This document shows positions 45,382-56,100 of a DNA stretch of 64,000 bases, one piece after another. Position 1 is the first letter of the stretch; each line of letters begins with the position of its first letter. The stretch is from assembly GCA_002269645.1 (NCBI GenBank), contig NIVC01003471.1, positions 32,248 through 96,247 on the forward strand, in the 5' to 3' direction. This stretch comes from Macrostomum lignano (lineage: Eukaryota). A model generated the notes under the pieces. That model saw nothing but the letters and a program-made list of their open reading frames with translations. It was not told the origin of the DNA and did not search any database. Position numbers and translations under genes: made by a program.

Positions 45382-48129
45382 TGAAAGGCCCAGGCGCAGT
45401 GAAGCGTAAGGCAGAAGAGCACAATGGAACCCCTATATAGCTATTAGAGGGGCAAACAGAAGCAGCTTTAAGATAATTAATCAACTGTCAAGTCAATTTG
45501 AATAGCCGAATCTAATAAAGCCCCTTTCCATTCTAGTTAGCAGCAACACCCCGCCGCAGGCACAATGGCGCTCAAACCGGCTGGGAGAAGCAAACTGAGC
45601 AGCAGCCTGACTTAGAGAACAACGCGGCACGCGGCAGACTCTGGCGCACCCTGAGGGAGAAAACGTGAGGCCCACCTACAGATCCTACCCAACCCGAAGC
45701 TGCCCAAGAAGGCGAGATCGACCCCAAACAGCTTGACAACCGAGAGAGAGAAGACTGTCTAATCATCTATGGACAGAGTCAAGAGACGGAAAACTAAGTA
45801 CTTTTTCTATAATCTTTCTATCCCAAAATTTTATCCAACTCAACACATAGATTTTCGAAAGCCCGAATAATCTCTAACCCTCACACTTAGCAACCTACTA
45901 GAACTAACTAAATTCATGTACAACTAGGGGACTGAGTCCCAGATCAGGGGGCTTCGTTTTTCTCGCGCAGTTTTCGATCTCGAATTGCTCCCTTTGAATT
46001 AGTTTCTGGATTATCCAGTTGGCACAAATCTAAGTCTTCAATACAGTTATGTCTTAAGTGTTACGCAGAGCACATCAGAGAAAGAGTCAAACTCAGCTTA
46101 GATGCTAGGAGATCCCGTCAGTTTATACGGTTTTCTCTGACGGCCTGATTGGAGAGATTAGAGCTGTAAGAACCTTAGACCGCTAGACATCTATCTTTCG
46201 AAATTGAGAACACAAACTCAAAGGCCCCAGAGAAAAACGCATATAGCGACTACATGTGTGACAAGTGACAAATAAATCGTGATTTCTGTTGCTATGAAGT
46301 TTGACGGGTCACAAGCATTGACAAGTTAGCTGTAGAATAGTGACCTTGTACTAAACCTTTGCGAACTTTCACCATATGTAGTAAATCTCATTCGAGAAAA
46401 TTCTGCGGTAAATATATTCCAAATATAGTAATTTGAACTCCCGCGCGAACTATTTCTAGAACATCCTTTCTTCCGGAATGTTCCATATGGAAAAACTGTA
46501 AATATAAAGCATCCGCAATCGCACGGTTGCTGCCTATACCGGCCTCTTGCGAACTACCTTGTTTTCAATTTTATTAAACCAATGATATTAAAGAACCACC
46601 GCCTTTAAGCTTCATTTACTTATTTCCGCAACATAGCAAGTGGCAAGTGCCTAGTAACTGTCTCTAGTGTCGTTTCAAACGGTTTGTTGCCTAAGTCTAG
46701 TTATTTTGACAAGTGCCAAGGCTAGTCGTAAGTGACAAGTTTACAAATTATTATTGTCTCAACTCCGTGGCATGGCATCACTACTGACTTGACTTGGTCC
46801 CCAATAAGTTCTAGAATGAGACGTCCGATGAGGATTCTGACTGAGTAGCTATACCCTATACCAGGTTATTATAAGCTGTTTGGATTCATTAATACATGTA
46901 TCGTGGATTGTACCCTTTTGGCAACAATTCAAGCCGGTTTGCCGGCTGTTTTAGATTGCTGCCGGAAAATTAATGGATGCATTTGGCTATAGAAAAACCA
47001 AAACATGACAACGATGTGACGACAGGAACTCCGTTGCAACGCTTGAATGATTCTCCGTTCATGATGTTCACCTGGCGATTGACGGACGGGAAATCCAGGT
47101 GCCGCTGAATGGCCGCACGAAAACAGATGAGAGACTTCGGCGCGTAGTATGTTCCATCCTGCTTTCGAAGAGGCGAATAAAAAAGCCTCAGATAATCGTT
47201 CAGTAATTTTGATCAATACACGCTCAAACTCGTGGCGGAGCCTCTTGGCATTGAGGAACTGGTGGAACCTTGCCGAGTGAACTTTTCGTTGAGTTTCGGT
47301 CCATTTCGGCAGAGATTCATTCTCAATCCGGTCCAGCATTTGCAGATCTTCGCTAGTTGACGACGCATTCAAATTGTTAATCTCCAGAACAAAGGAAGAA
47401 TTAATTTATGACACTTAAAATAGTCGTCTCCACTGTCCTTTCCAATTGCCACAGATTGACTGGTTGTTTTCTGCTCTTGCTCTCAAAGAGCCATAGACAG
47501 CAACCAATCCCGTTAGTCTCCCACAGCGGCTCTGCTGCCATAGATCTAGAAGTTGAAAACTCCTTCCAGATCAATTATTTCAACCCCTCTCCCTCCCATG
47601 AGTGCTGTCAAAAATCGAAATTGAAACATCAGTAGTAAGTAGTGCGATTGGGGCGAAAATATCCGTGTAAAAATTAAAGTTGCTTGCATTATAACTCTCA
47701 AACACATACACAGCTGTCTATGGTCATATGGTCTCTATGGAGTTGCCAGTCTGCTAAAAATAGCTACCAACCAAGCAAGCAAGGACCAATGACTAATTAG
47801 CAACTCAGGACGTTTACACTCAATCAATTGAGTTGTTAAGTAGTCCTTGGCAAGGACTGGTGTGAGAGCTTTAAATAGACAAACTCTAAAGTTTTAACCA
47901 TAGCTAAAAAAGGACATATATGGTATAAATGGGGAATATAAATGGGGAAAGCTAACTGGCATATACCATATATTCCCCATTTATACCAGTGCTAAGGCAA
48001 TAAATGCTTGAGTGACAAGTTTATTGACCGAGGCGAAGCAAACGAATCAGAATCTTTTTCATTAATATTCCACTAATTTTCCAAACAATATTCTACAATA
48101 CAAACTGGCAATCCAACCCTACAAAACTT

Positions 48130-48900
48130 AGGCTTGGATAGCGACTCAGGTGACGAATCATACGTGACTGCATCTGGTGGAGGCTAAAAAGGTCCAGACT
48201 GTGAATCCGCCAGACAACATCGGAGCTAACTGGCATGATACTGCACTCCGGAAACGGATAATCGGCCCAAAGCACTTCCAGAGTTTCTCGGCTCGCTTGG
48301 TCTGCATTCGGATTTTCTTGTGCCGGACAACATTGAAAATTGCATGGCTGCCATCCTTGGTCAATTTCTTCCCGACAGTCTTCTGCAAAGTTTGTGCGCC
48401 TGGACAACCGCCAGAGCAAACAGGGCTGTTACGCAAAGTCAACAAGAAAACGGAGAGCTGCCATGGAAGCTCCTAAATTGGAAGCCTGCATGCAGCCTGA
48501 ATGAAATGCAGTTTATCGGGATTCTGCTGCACATGGGAGTAGTACAGAAGCCAGATATTAGCATGTATTGGTCAACCGATCTTATGCATCATCAGGACTT
48601 CTTCCGCCATGAGTCATCTCACCATGACCTGGTTTCGCTGCTACGATTGCACGGAGGTTAAAGAAGCTGATCCGCTGTGCAAGATCGACCCATTTTAAAC
48701 AAAGTCCAGTCCATCTGTCAAAATAAGTACATGCAACTTCAAAATATTTCTGTTGACAAGTCATTGCTACTTTACAAAGGTAGGCTCCACTTTCTTCAGT
48801 ACATGCCCAACAAAAAGGCAAAGCTCGTCACCAAGCTGTACTGTCCAGCCGAATCGAACAGCGGCTATCTGTGGAACTTTCTGATCCACTCGACTGCAGC
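48130..48900 (+). pseudogene. piggyBac-like (DDE_Tnp_1_7, PGBD4-type) transposase remnant, frameshifted and 3'-truncated
   Basis: FLPDSLL..L..WT, FIGILLHMGVVQKPDISMYWSTD, ISVDKSLLLYKGRLHFLQYMPNK.AK..KLY...ES.SGYLWNF, in different frames. No TIR found. Confidence 0.78.
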
Positions 48901-49283
48901 CCAAAACAACCTGTTGGAACTTTCTGATCCACTCCACTGCGGCTCAAAACAACCGGTTGGAACTTTCTGATCCACTCCACTGCGGCCCAAAACAACCTGT
49001 TGGAACTTTCTGATCCACTCGACTGCAGCCCAAAACAACCTGTTGGAACTTTCTGATCCACTCCACTGCGGCCCAAAACAACCTGTTGGAACTTTCTGAT
49101 CCACTCGACTGCGGCCCAAAACAACCTGTTGGAACTTTCTGATCCACTCCACTGCGGCCCAAAACAACCTGTTGGAACTTTCTGATCCACTCGACTGCGG
49201 CCCAAAACAACCTGTTGGAACTTTCTGATCCACTCGACTGCAGCCCAAAACAACCTGTTGGAACTTTCTGATCCACTCCACTG
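48873..49283 (+). repeat. 43-bp minisatellite (ggaactttctgatccactcgactgcagcccaaaacaacctgtt), ~9.5 copies, starting within the piggyBac coding sequence
   Basis: The first unit encodes WNFLIHSTAAQNNL in frame with the transposase. Confidence 0.93.
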
Positions 49284-49506
49284 ACCTTGACAAGGCTTCA
49301 AATTTTATGCCCGGAAAAGATACGAGTATAGATAACAACGCAGCAATTAATATTTGCTTTCTGAATTCGATAATAGCATAGTTCGAGCAGTTCAGGGTTG
49401 AAAGTTGATAAGATTATTATATATTTAAAAAAGATTATAGGCAAAAACTACAAATAAGCTTTATCAAAAACATCTCTCAACACGGCATTACAGTGACCCC
49501 CGCAAT

Positions 49507-49610
49507 GCCAGCAGCGATAGAAAGTAAATCGAGCACAAGCCAGTGCCCCAGAAATTCGGAACTGGGGCCAGAATTTTCTGACATGGCCGTCATGCGAATC
49601 AGCTGCTGAC
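49507..49610 (-). promoter_or_regulatory. Candidate SECIS element in the SELENOW 3' UTR (type II-like, long apical stem)
   Basis: Helix I GTCAGCAGC/GCTGCTGGC; core ATGAC..CGAT; 12 nt to an unpaired AAAA; helix II GGCCATGTCAG/CTGGCTTGTGCT; extra stem GCCCCAG/CTGGGGC. Folded by hand. Confidence 0.72.
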
Positions 49611-49704
49611 AAGGCGGAGGCCCAGACTTCAGGTGAGCACTCCTACTGAATCAGGGTTCTTACTTTACCTAACAGTACATTGCCCCTGCCTCTGAGTCCC
49701 CAGC

Positions 49705-50177
49705 TCAGCCTTTGCAGGCCGCCAGCACAGCGTCGGCAATCTTCTGGCAATCGGCGGCGGCCGGGAACCGCCCGGTCTGCAGCTTGGAGTACACCTGGCT
49801 GCCGTTGATGAACACCTCGAACTTGGACGTGGCGGTGGGCGTCGCCTCGTACGTGAAATCCGCATTGTCGCCCGAACCGCCCAGCAGGTCCAGCAGCTCC
49901 TCTTTGAAGCGCCGGAACCTGGGGGCGTAGCCTCAGGCTCCGCTGCGATTAAGGTTGAATGGGAAATTGACAGGAAACTTATTTCATAATTCTCAAAGCT
50001 CTGGGATAAGCGCGAAATTGTTCGCTTTTGATCAACTGAAAAGTCTTAAGGCTCAGGTGGAAAACTGCTCCAGTCACCGCTGGCATGAGAAATTTTATAC
50101 GTTGTTGCTCTGAATTGTGCCTTCACAAGCTCGTAAAAATTGACTCACCAGTAAACGACGTGCACCTTGACTACCAT
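49705..50177 (-). CDS. SELENOW: Selenoprotein W (Rdx family), 88 aa. Exons 50177-50149, 49942-49705; Sec codon UGA at 49935-49933
   Basis: The spliced product MVVKVHVVYCGA(U)GYAPRFRRFKEELL...ATPTATSKFEVFINGSQVYSKL matches the SelW pattern V.VVYCGAUGY....TP.ATG.FEV...G..IHSK. GT-AG intron, phase 2; SECIS downstream. Confidence 0.92.
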
Positions 50178-50354
50178 GACTGGGACTGAGCGAGCTTGGT
50201 TAGAAATGTAGCGCCGAGTGTAATTGTTGACTTATTGTGCAGTCTGGAGTATCGGGAAATGAAAATAAGTTCAATTTAATAGCAGATTTGGCTTGTGATC
50301 GCTTGAGTACCTGGCCTAACACATGGGCTGGGTAGGTGGGACTTCTTAGGAGGG

Positions 50355-50855
50355 GTCGGTCAGAACTGTGTGTACATTGGGGTGGGTGGAGGGGTCGGTT
50401 AGAGCTGTGTGTACAATGGGGTGAGTGGAGGGTCGGTTAGAGCTGTGTGTACATTGGAGTGAGTGGAGGGGTCGGTTAGAGCTGTGTGTACATTGGAGTG
50501 AGTGGAGGGGTCGGTTAGAGCTGTGTGTACATTGGGGTGGGTGGAGGGGGTCGGTTAGAGCTGTGTGTACATTGGAATGAGTGGAGGGGTCGGTCAGAGC
50601 TGCGTGTACATTGGGGTGGGTGGAGGGGGTCGGTTAGAGCTGTGTGTACATTGGAATGAGTGGAGGGGTCGGTCAGAGTTGTGTGTACATTGGGGTGGGT
50701 GGAGGGGGTCGGTTAGAGCTGTGTGTACATTGGGGTGGGTGGAGGGGGTCGGTTAGAGCTGTGTGTACAATGGGGTGGGTGGAGGGGGTCGGTTAGAGCT
50801 GTGTGTACAATGGGGTGGGTGGAGGGTCGGTTAGAGCTGTGTACATTGGGATGGG
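50355..50855 (+). repeat. 39-40-bp G-rich minisatellite (ggaggggtcggttagagctgtgtgtacattggggtgggt)
   Basis: About 12 tandem units. Confidence 0.93.
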
Positions 50856-51604
50856 TTGAGAGAGTGCAATGGGGTAGAGGGTTTCGATCAAGATGGTTGG
50901 TTGAAAAAGTTTACGCGATGCTATCCTGTTGGCATAAAGGTAACAAATCACAAAATGAGACGCAATTCTATACATCGGTAGGTGCAGGGCTGGTCTTCAA
51001 ACAATGTATTTGAGTCGCCGGTTCCTATTACATGTATGTTACCATCGCCAAAGGCTGCTGGTGATCTAACAAAAACAAAAAAACTGAAAGAAATCGCGTA
51101 AATAATCAATTAAAAAAACTGTTTGTGGACATGGCCAGGTAGGATTAGTATCGCTCTACGTTCTAAGTATACTCAGCAACATTGATAAGTCGCCACCCTT
51201 TGCCCCAGTGAGCATTGAAAAAACTTAAATGCTTGAAAAATCGATGAAAACCGGGCGGAAGCTTCAATCCATCCAATCTTCGCCCTCCGCTCTTCCCAAT
51301 CCTCCTCACGCAGCCCAACTCTGCGTCGCGTGGCGCAAGTTGCGTCGCTCAAAAGTCAATCCTGAGCTGGAATTTACTGCGCAATCTCAAAGGTGGCGAA
51401 TTTTTAATGTTGTTGAGTACAAATCTGGAAAAGCAGTCATACATAAGGTAAATAAATTTAAGCGCGTTAAGTTAGTAAAAATCGAAGGCAAATGTGAGAA
51501 GCAAACTGAATGAACAAAAGCGAAATTTTCTTTGAAGTTTGCAAAAAATGAGAAAAAAGGTTTAATTTAGGGATTGGGGAGACTGACGACGTTGAATGGG
51601 CCTG

Positions 51605-52105
51605 AGTGTACATTGGGGACTGGGGAGGGGGCTGAATTGGGCCAGAGTGTACATTGGGGACTGGGGAGGGGGCTGAATTGGGCCAGAGTTTACATTGGGG
51701 ACTGGGGAGGGGGCTGAATTGGGCCAGAGTGTACATTGGGGACTGGGGAGGGGGCTGAATTGGGCCAGAGTGTACATTGGGGACTGGGGAGGGGGCTGAA
51801 TTGGGCCAGAGTGTACATTGGGGACTGGGGAGGGGGCTGAATTGGGCCAGAGTGTACATTGGGGACTGGGGAAGGGGCTGAATTGGGCCAGAGTGTACAT
51901 TGGGGACTGGGGAGGGGGCTGAATTGGGCCAGAGTGTACATTGGGGACTGGGGAAGGGGCTGAATTGGGCCAGAGTGTACATTGGGGACTGGGGAGGGGG
52001 CTGAATTGGGCCAGAGTGTACATTGGGGACTGGGGAAGGGGCTGAATTGGGCCAGAGTGTACATTGGGGACTGGGGAAGGGGCTGAATTGGGCCAGAGTG
52101 TACAT
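51605..52105 (+). repeat. 41-bp G-rich minisatellite (gggggctgaattgggccagagtgtacattggggactgggga)
   Basis: About 12 tandem units at 41-bp spacing. Confidence 0.95.
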
Positions 52106-52564
52106 TTTGTGTGGCTACTGTGTAATTTGCGTACAAGGTAAGTGAGCTTAGCATAGTAAGTTTTTGTGCGTTTCAATTTCAATGCGTTTTGAGCAGTGAT
52201 TTTCTAGCATTTAACACAAATCTGATCAGCTCGTGCCGCTGAAGATTTTACTAGTCCGAAATCTCTGCTCAGCTCATTAATAATAAGCCGCTTGAAACAA
52301 AAAGTCAACTAAAAATCTACAGAGGAATGAAACGCACCAAAGCCCCGGGTAAGGAGAAATGCGAAATTAACGACACGAATACAGAGACGAGCGCAAGCAG
52401 AGATCCGGCCTCAGAGAACTGCATGGACGCAAAAATTAAGAACAGAAATCTTCAAAAGAATGAATTAAAAATTTTAAAGATTGCTTTGACTGCATAGTTC
52501 GTTTGCTGCTTTCTATTAAGACGATTTAAACTGAAAAGTAAAGGCGGAGTGCCGGCACAGCCCG

Positions 52565-53060
52565 AGGATCTGAGAGGCTGGCCCAGCAACTGAGGATCTG
52601 AGAGGCTGGCCCAGCAACTGAGGATCTGAGAGGCTGGCCCAGCAACTGAGGATCTGAGAGGCTGGCCCAGCAACTGAGGATCTGGGAGGCTGGCCCAGCA
52701 ACTGAGGATCTGGGAGGCTGGCCCAGCAACTGAGGATCTGGGAGGCTGGCCCAGCAACTGAGGATTTAAGGGGCTGGCCCAGCAACTGAGGATCTGGGAG
52801 GCTGGCCCAGCAACTGAGGATCTGGGAGGCTGGCCCAGCAACTGGGGATCTGGGAGGCTGGCCCAGCAACTGAGGATCTGGGAGGCTGGCCCAGCAACTG
52901 AGGATCTGGGAGGCTGGCCCAGCAACTGAGGATTCGGGAGGCTGGCCCAGCAACTGAGGATCTGGGAGGCTGGCCCAGCAACTGGGGATCTGGGAGGCTG
53001 GCCCAGCAACTGAGGATCTGGGAGACTGGCCCAGCAACTGAGGATATGGGAGGCTGGCCC
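52565..53060 (-). repeat. 28-bp GCCAGCCTCCCAGATCCTCAGTTGCT-family array on the minus strand, downstream of the BTBD9 stop
   Basis: Reverse complement of the GBF1 intron arrays. Confidence 0.93.
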
Positions 53061-53168
53061 ATTGTTAATGAATTATACCTACTTAGCGGCTGAGCCTCAG
53101 TTAGTTACCGTATAATACGAGTTATTACACGAAATACACGGAAACGGTCAAGCTAGGCCAAATAGCGC

Positions 53169-56100
53169 TCACTCAGTAGAGCCAGGCTTGGCAGTGGCCC
53201 AGCTAGGATGGCCATCGTATTGCTGCTGCTGTTGCTGCTGCGAGCCGCTGGGAGCGGCAGAGGCTGCCATCGCCGTGGCGGCAGCAGCAGCGCCACCGCT
53301 CCGCCCGTGCCCAAAGGACACCAGCGAGCTGGACCGGCTCGCCGGGCCGTCCGCCTGGTCTGCCAGCGCCTCCACCGAGCTGGCGCCGTCGCCTTCGTAA
53401 GTCGCTGCCGCCACCGTCGCTGCTGCTGACGTGCCCGAAGCTGCAGGCAGACCCGCCTGCTGCTGCTGCTGCTGAAGCGGCGGCGGCTGCCTCGCCAGGT
53501 GGTCGCGCAGAGCCTGCGGCTCGCACGGGCACTGGAAGTGCACTACGTGGAACACCTCGTTGGCAGTGTTCATGGTGCCGATGATGCGGACGAAGACCAC
53601 TGGCCTGGGGGAGAATGTGATCACCTGCCAGGAGCGACAGGGCGTGCGGCTGGCGTCCCAGACTCGATCCCAGTGCGTCTGGTCGCAGCTGGTGTCCACC
53701 TGGGGGTTAGAGTGGGAGTCCATGTGATATTTTCCTATGTATGGTACACCTGTGACAGGAATTCTATCATGTACACCTGTGATAGGAATTCTATCATGTA
53801 CACCTGTGATAGGAATTCTATCATGTACACCTGTGACAGGAATTCTATGGTGTACACCGGTGATAGGAATTCTATCATGTACACCTGTGATAGGAATTCT
53901 ATCATGTACACCTGTGATAGGAATTCTATCATGTACACCTGTGATAGGAATTCTATGGTGTACACCGGTGATAGGAATTCTATCATGTACACCTGTGATA
54001 GGAATTCTATGGTGTACACCGGTGATAGGAATTCTATCATGTACACCTGTGATAGGAACTCTATGGTGTACACCTGTGATAGGAATTCTATGGTGTACAC
54101 CTGTGATAGGAATTCTATGGTGTACACCTGTGACAGGAATTCTATGGTGTACACCTGTGATAGGAGTTCTATGGTGTACACCTGTGATAGGAATTCTATG
54201 GTGTACACCTGTGATAGGAATTCTATGGTGTACACCTGTGACAGGAATTCTATGGTGTACACCTGTGATAGGAGTTCTATGGTGTACACCTGTGATAGGA
54301 GTTCTATGGTGTACACCTGTGATAGGAATTCTATGGTGTACACCTGTGATAGTAATTCTATCATGCACACCTGTGATAGGAATTCTATGGTGTACACCTG
54401 TGATAGGAATTCTATGGTGTACACCTGTGATAGGAATTCCATGGTGTACACCTGTGATAGGAATTCTATGGTGTACACCTGTGATAGGAGTTCTATGGTG
54501 TACACCTGTGATAGGAATTCTATGGTGTACACCTGTGATAGGAATTCTATCATGCACACCTGTGATAGGAATTCTATCTTGTACACCTGTAATAGAAGTC
54601 CAACTAACAAATGCGAATTCTAAGGAAACGTCCTGGCAGCAACAATCCCAAAAAAAAGACGGCCCACTAACAGTGTAGGAGTAGGCTCTCTGGTCCAGAT
54701 CCCACAGAAGCAGCTGCATGGAGCCGATGTAGTAGGGCTGGGACAACTGCACAACAATGGCGCCATTGCCCAGCTGGTGGCAGGTGTAGCCGGAGTCCCA
54801 GTCGTAATTCTTTGTGTCGCCGTTAATTAGAGCGTTGCGCAACCTGCTAACGCCTTCGATAACGCAGGCGGACTTTGCTACGGTAGCCACATTCTCCTCC
54901 GGCGTTATGAGCCCGTCAGTGAGCACGAACTGGCGTCTGGTGTAGAAAGCCTCCAGCGCCACACAGTGGAACACCCGGTTGACTGTGTTGTGCGTGCCCA
55001 CTATGCGGATGTACCGCACCACCCGCTCGGGGAAGTACAGCTCCTGCCAGCTGCGGCACAGGTAGGCCCGGTGGTCGATCACCTGGACCCAATCCGTCTC
55101 GTTGATGCTCACCTGATGGTGTTGGGGAGGGGGCTATTTATTGAGCCTCACCTTACTATAGTAGCTATGACTCACTTCAATATAGTAGCTATTTGACTCA
55201 CCTCAATATAGTAGCTATTTGACTCACCTCAATATAGTAGCTATTTGACTCACCTCAATATAGTAGCTATTTGACTCACCTCAATATAGTAGCTATTTGA
55301 CTCACCTCAATATAGTAGCTATTTGACTCACCTCAATATAGTAGCTATTTGACTCACCTCAATATAGTAACTATTTGACTCACCTCAATATAGTAACTAT
55401 TTGACTCACCTCAATATAGTAGCTATTTGACTCACCTCAATATAGTAGCTATTTGACTCACCTCAATATAGTAGCTATTTGACTCACCTCAATATAGTAG
55501 CTATTTGACTCACCTCAATATAGTAGCTATTTGACTCACCTCAATATAGTAGCTATTTGACTCACCTCAATATAGTAACTATTTGACTCACCTCAATATA
55601 GTAGCTATTTGACTCACCTCAATATAGTAACTATAGGACCTGGTGTCCTTGTCCCACAGAAGCAGTCGCAGCAGGTTAATGATGGAAGGTTGGCCGAGCT
55701 TTACTACAATGCAGCCATTCTTATCATCTATTGGGTGCCGAGTGAAGCCGCGGTCCAGATCGTAGTTGACGGTGTCCCCGTCCAGCAGGACGACCCGGCA
55801 CTCGCCTTTGGTCACCTGGGCGCCGTGGCGGATAGTGGCCAGGTTTTCCTCGGGCAGCAGGATGCCTCGATACCGGAGTTCGCAGTCCTTGCGAGCGTTT
55901 TTCTCCTGTGGGCGGTTTAAATCAGGTGATTAGAATCCCCAGGCGATTAGAATCCCCAGGCGATTAGAATCCCCAGGCGATTAGAATCCCCAGGCGATTT
56001 AGAATCCCCAATGCGATTAGAATCCTCAGGTGATTAGAATCCCCAGGCGATTAGAATCCCCAGGCGATCAGAATACTCAGGTGATTAGAATCATCAGGCA

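Noticed and set aside
45600-45800. LINE ORF1-like snippet (LDNREREDCLIIYG)
   Set aside because: Too short, interrupted by stops, and with no RT or endonuclease nearby.
49627-49668. Possible 37-42-nt intron in the SELENOW 3' UTR
   Set aside because: Donor-like GTAAAG/GTAAGA sites are present, but the acceptor is weak and there is no independent support.
49933-49935. UGA as a true stop (SelW pseudogene)
   Set aside because: It sits at the canonical Sec position of CxxU, homology continues for ~75 codons and a SECIS follows.
53169-55112. 647-aa ORF as a single exon
   Set aside because: BTBD9 homology stops at YSYT and resumes at VDTS, with GT/AG at exactly those points, so the middle is best read as an intron. 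Retention is kept only as a hypothesis.
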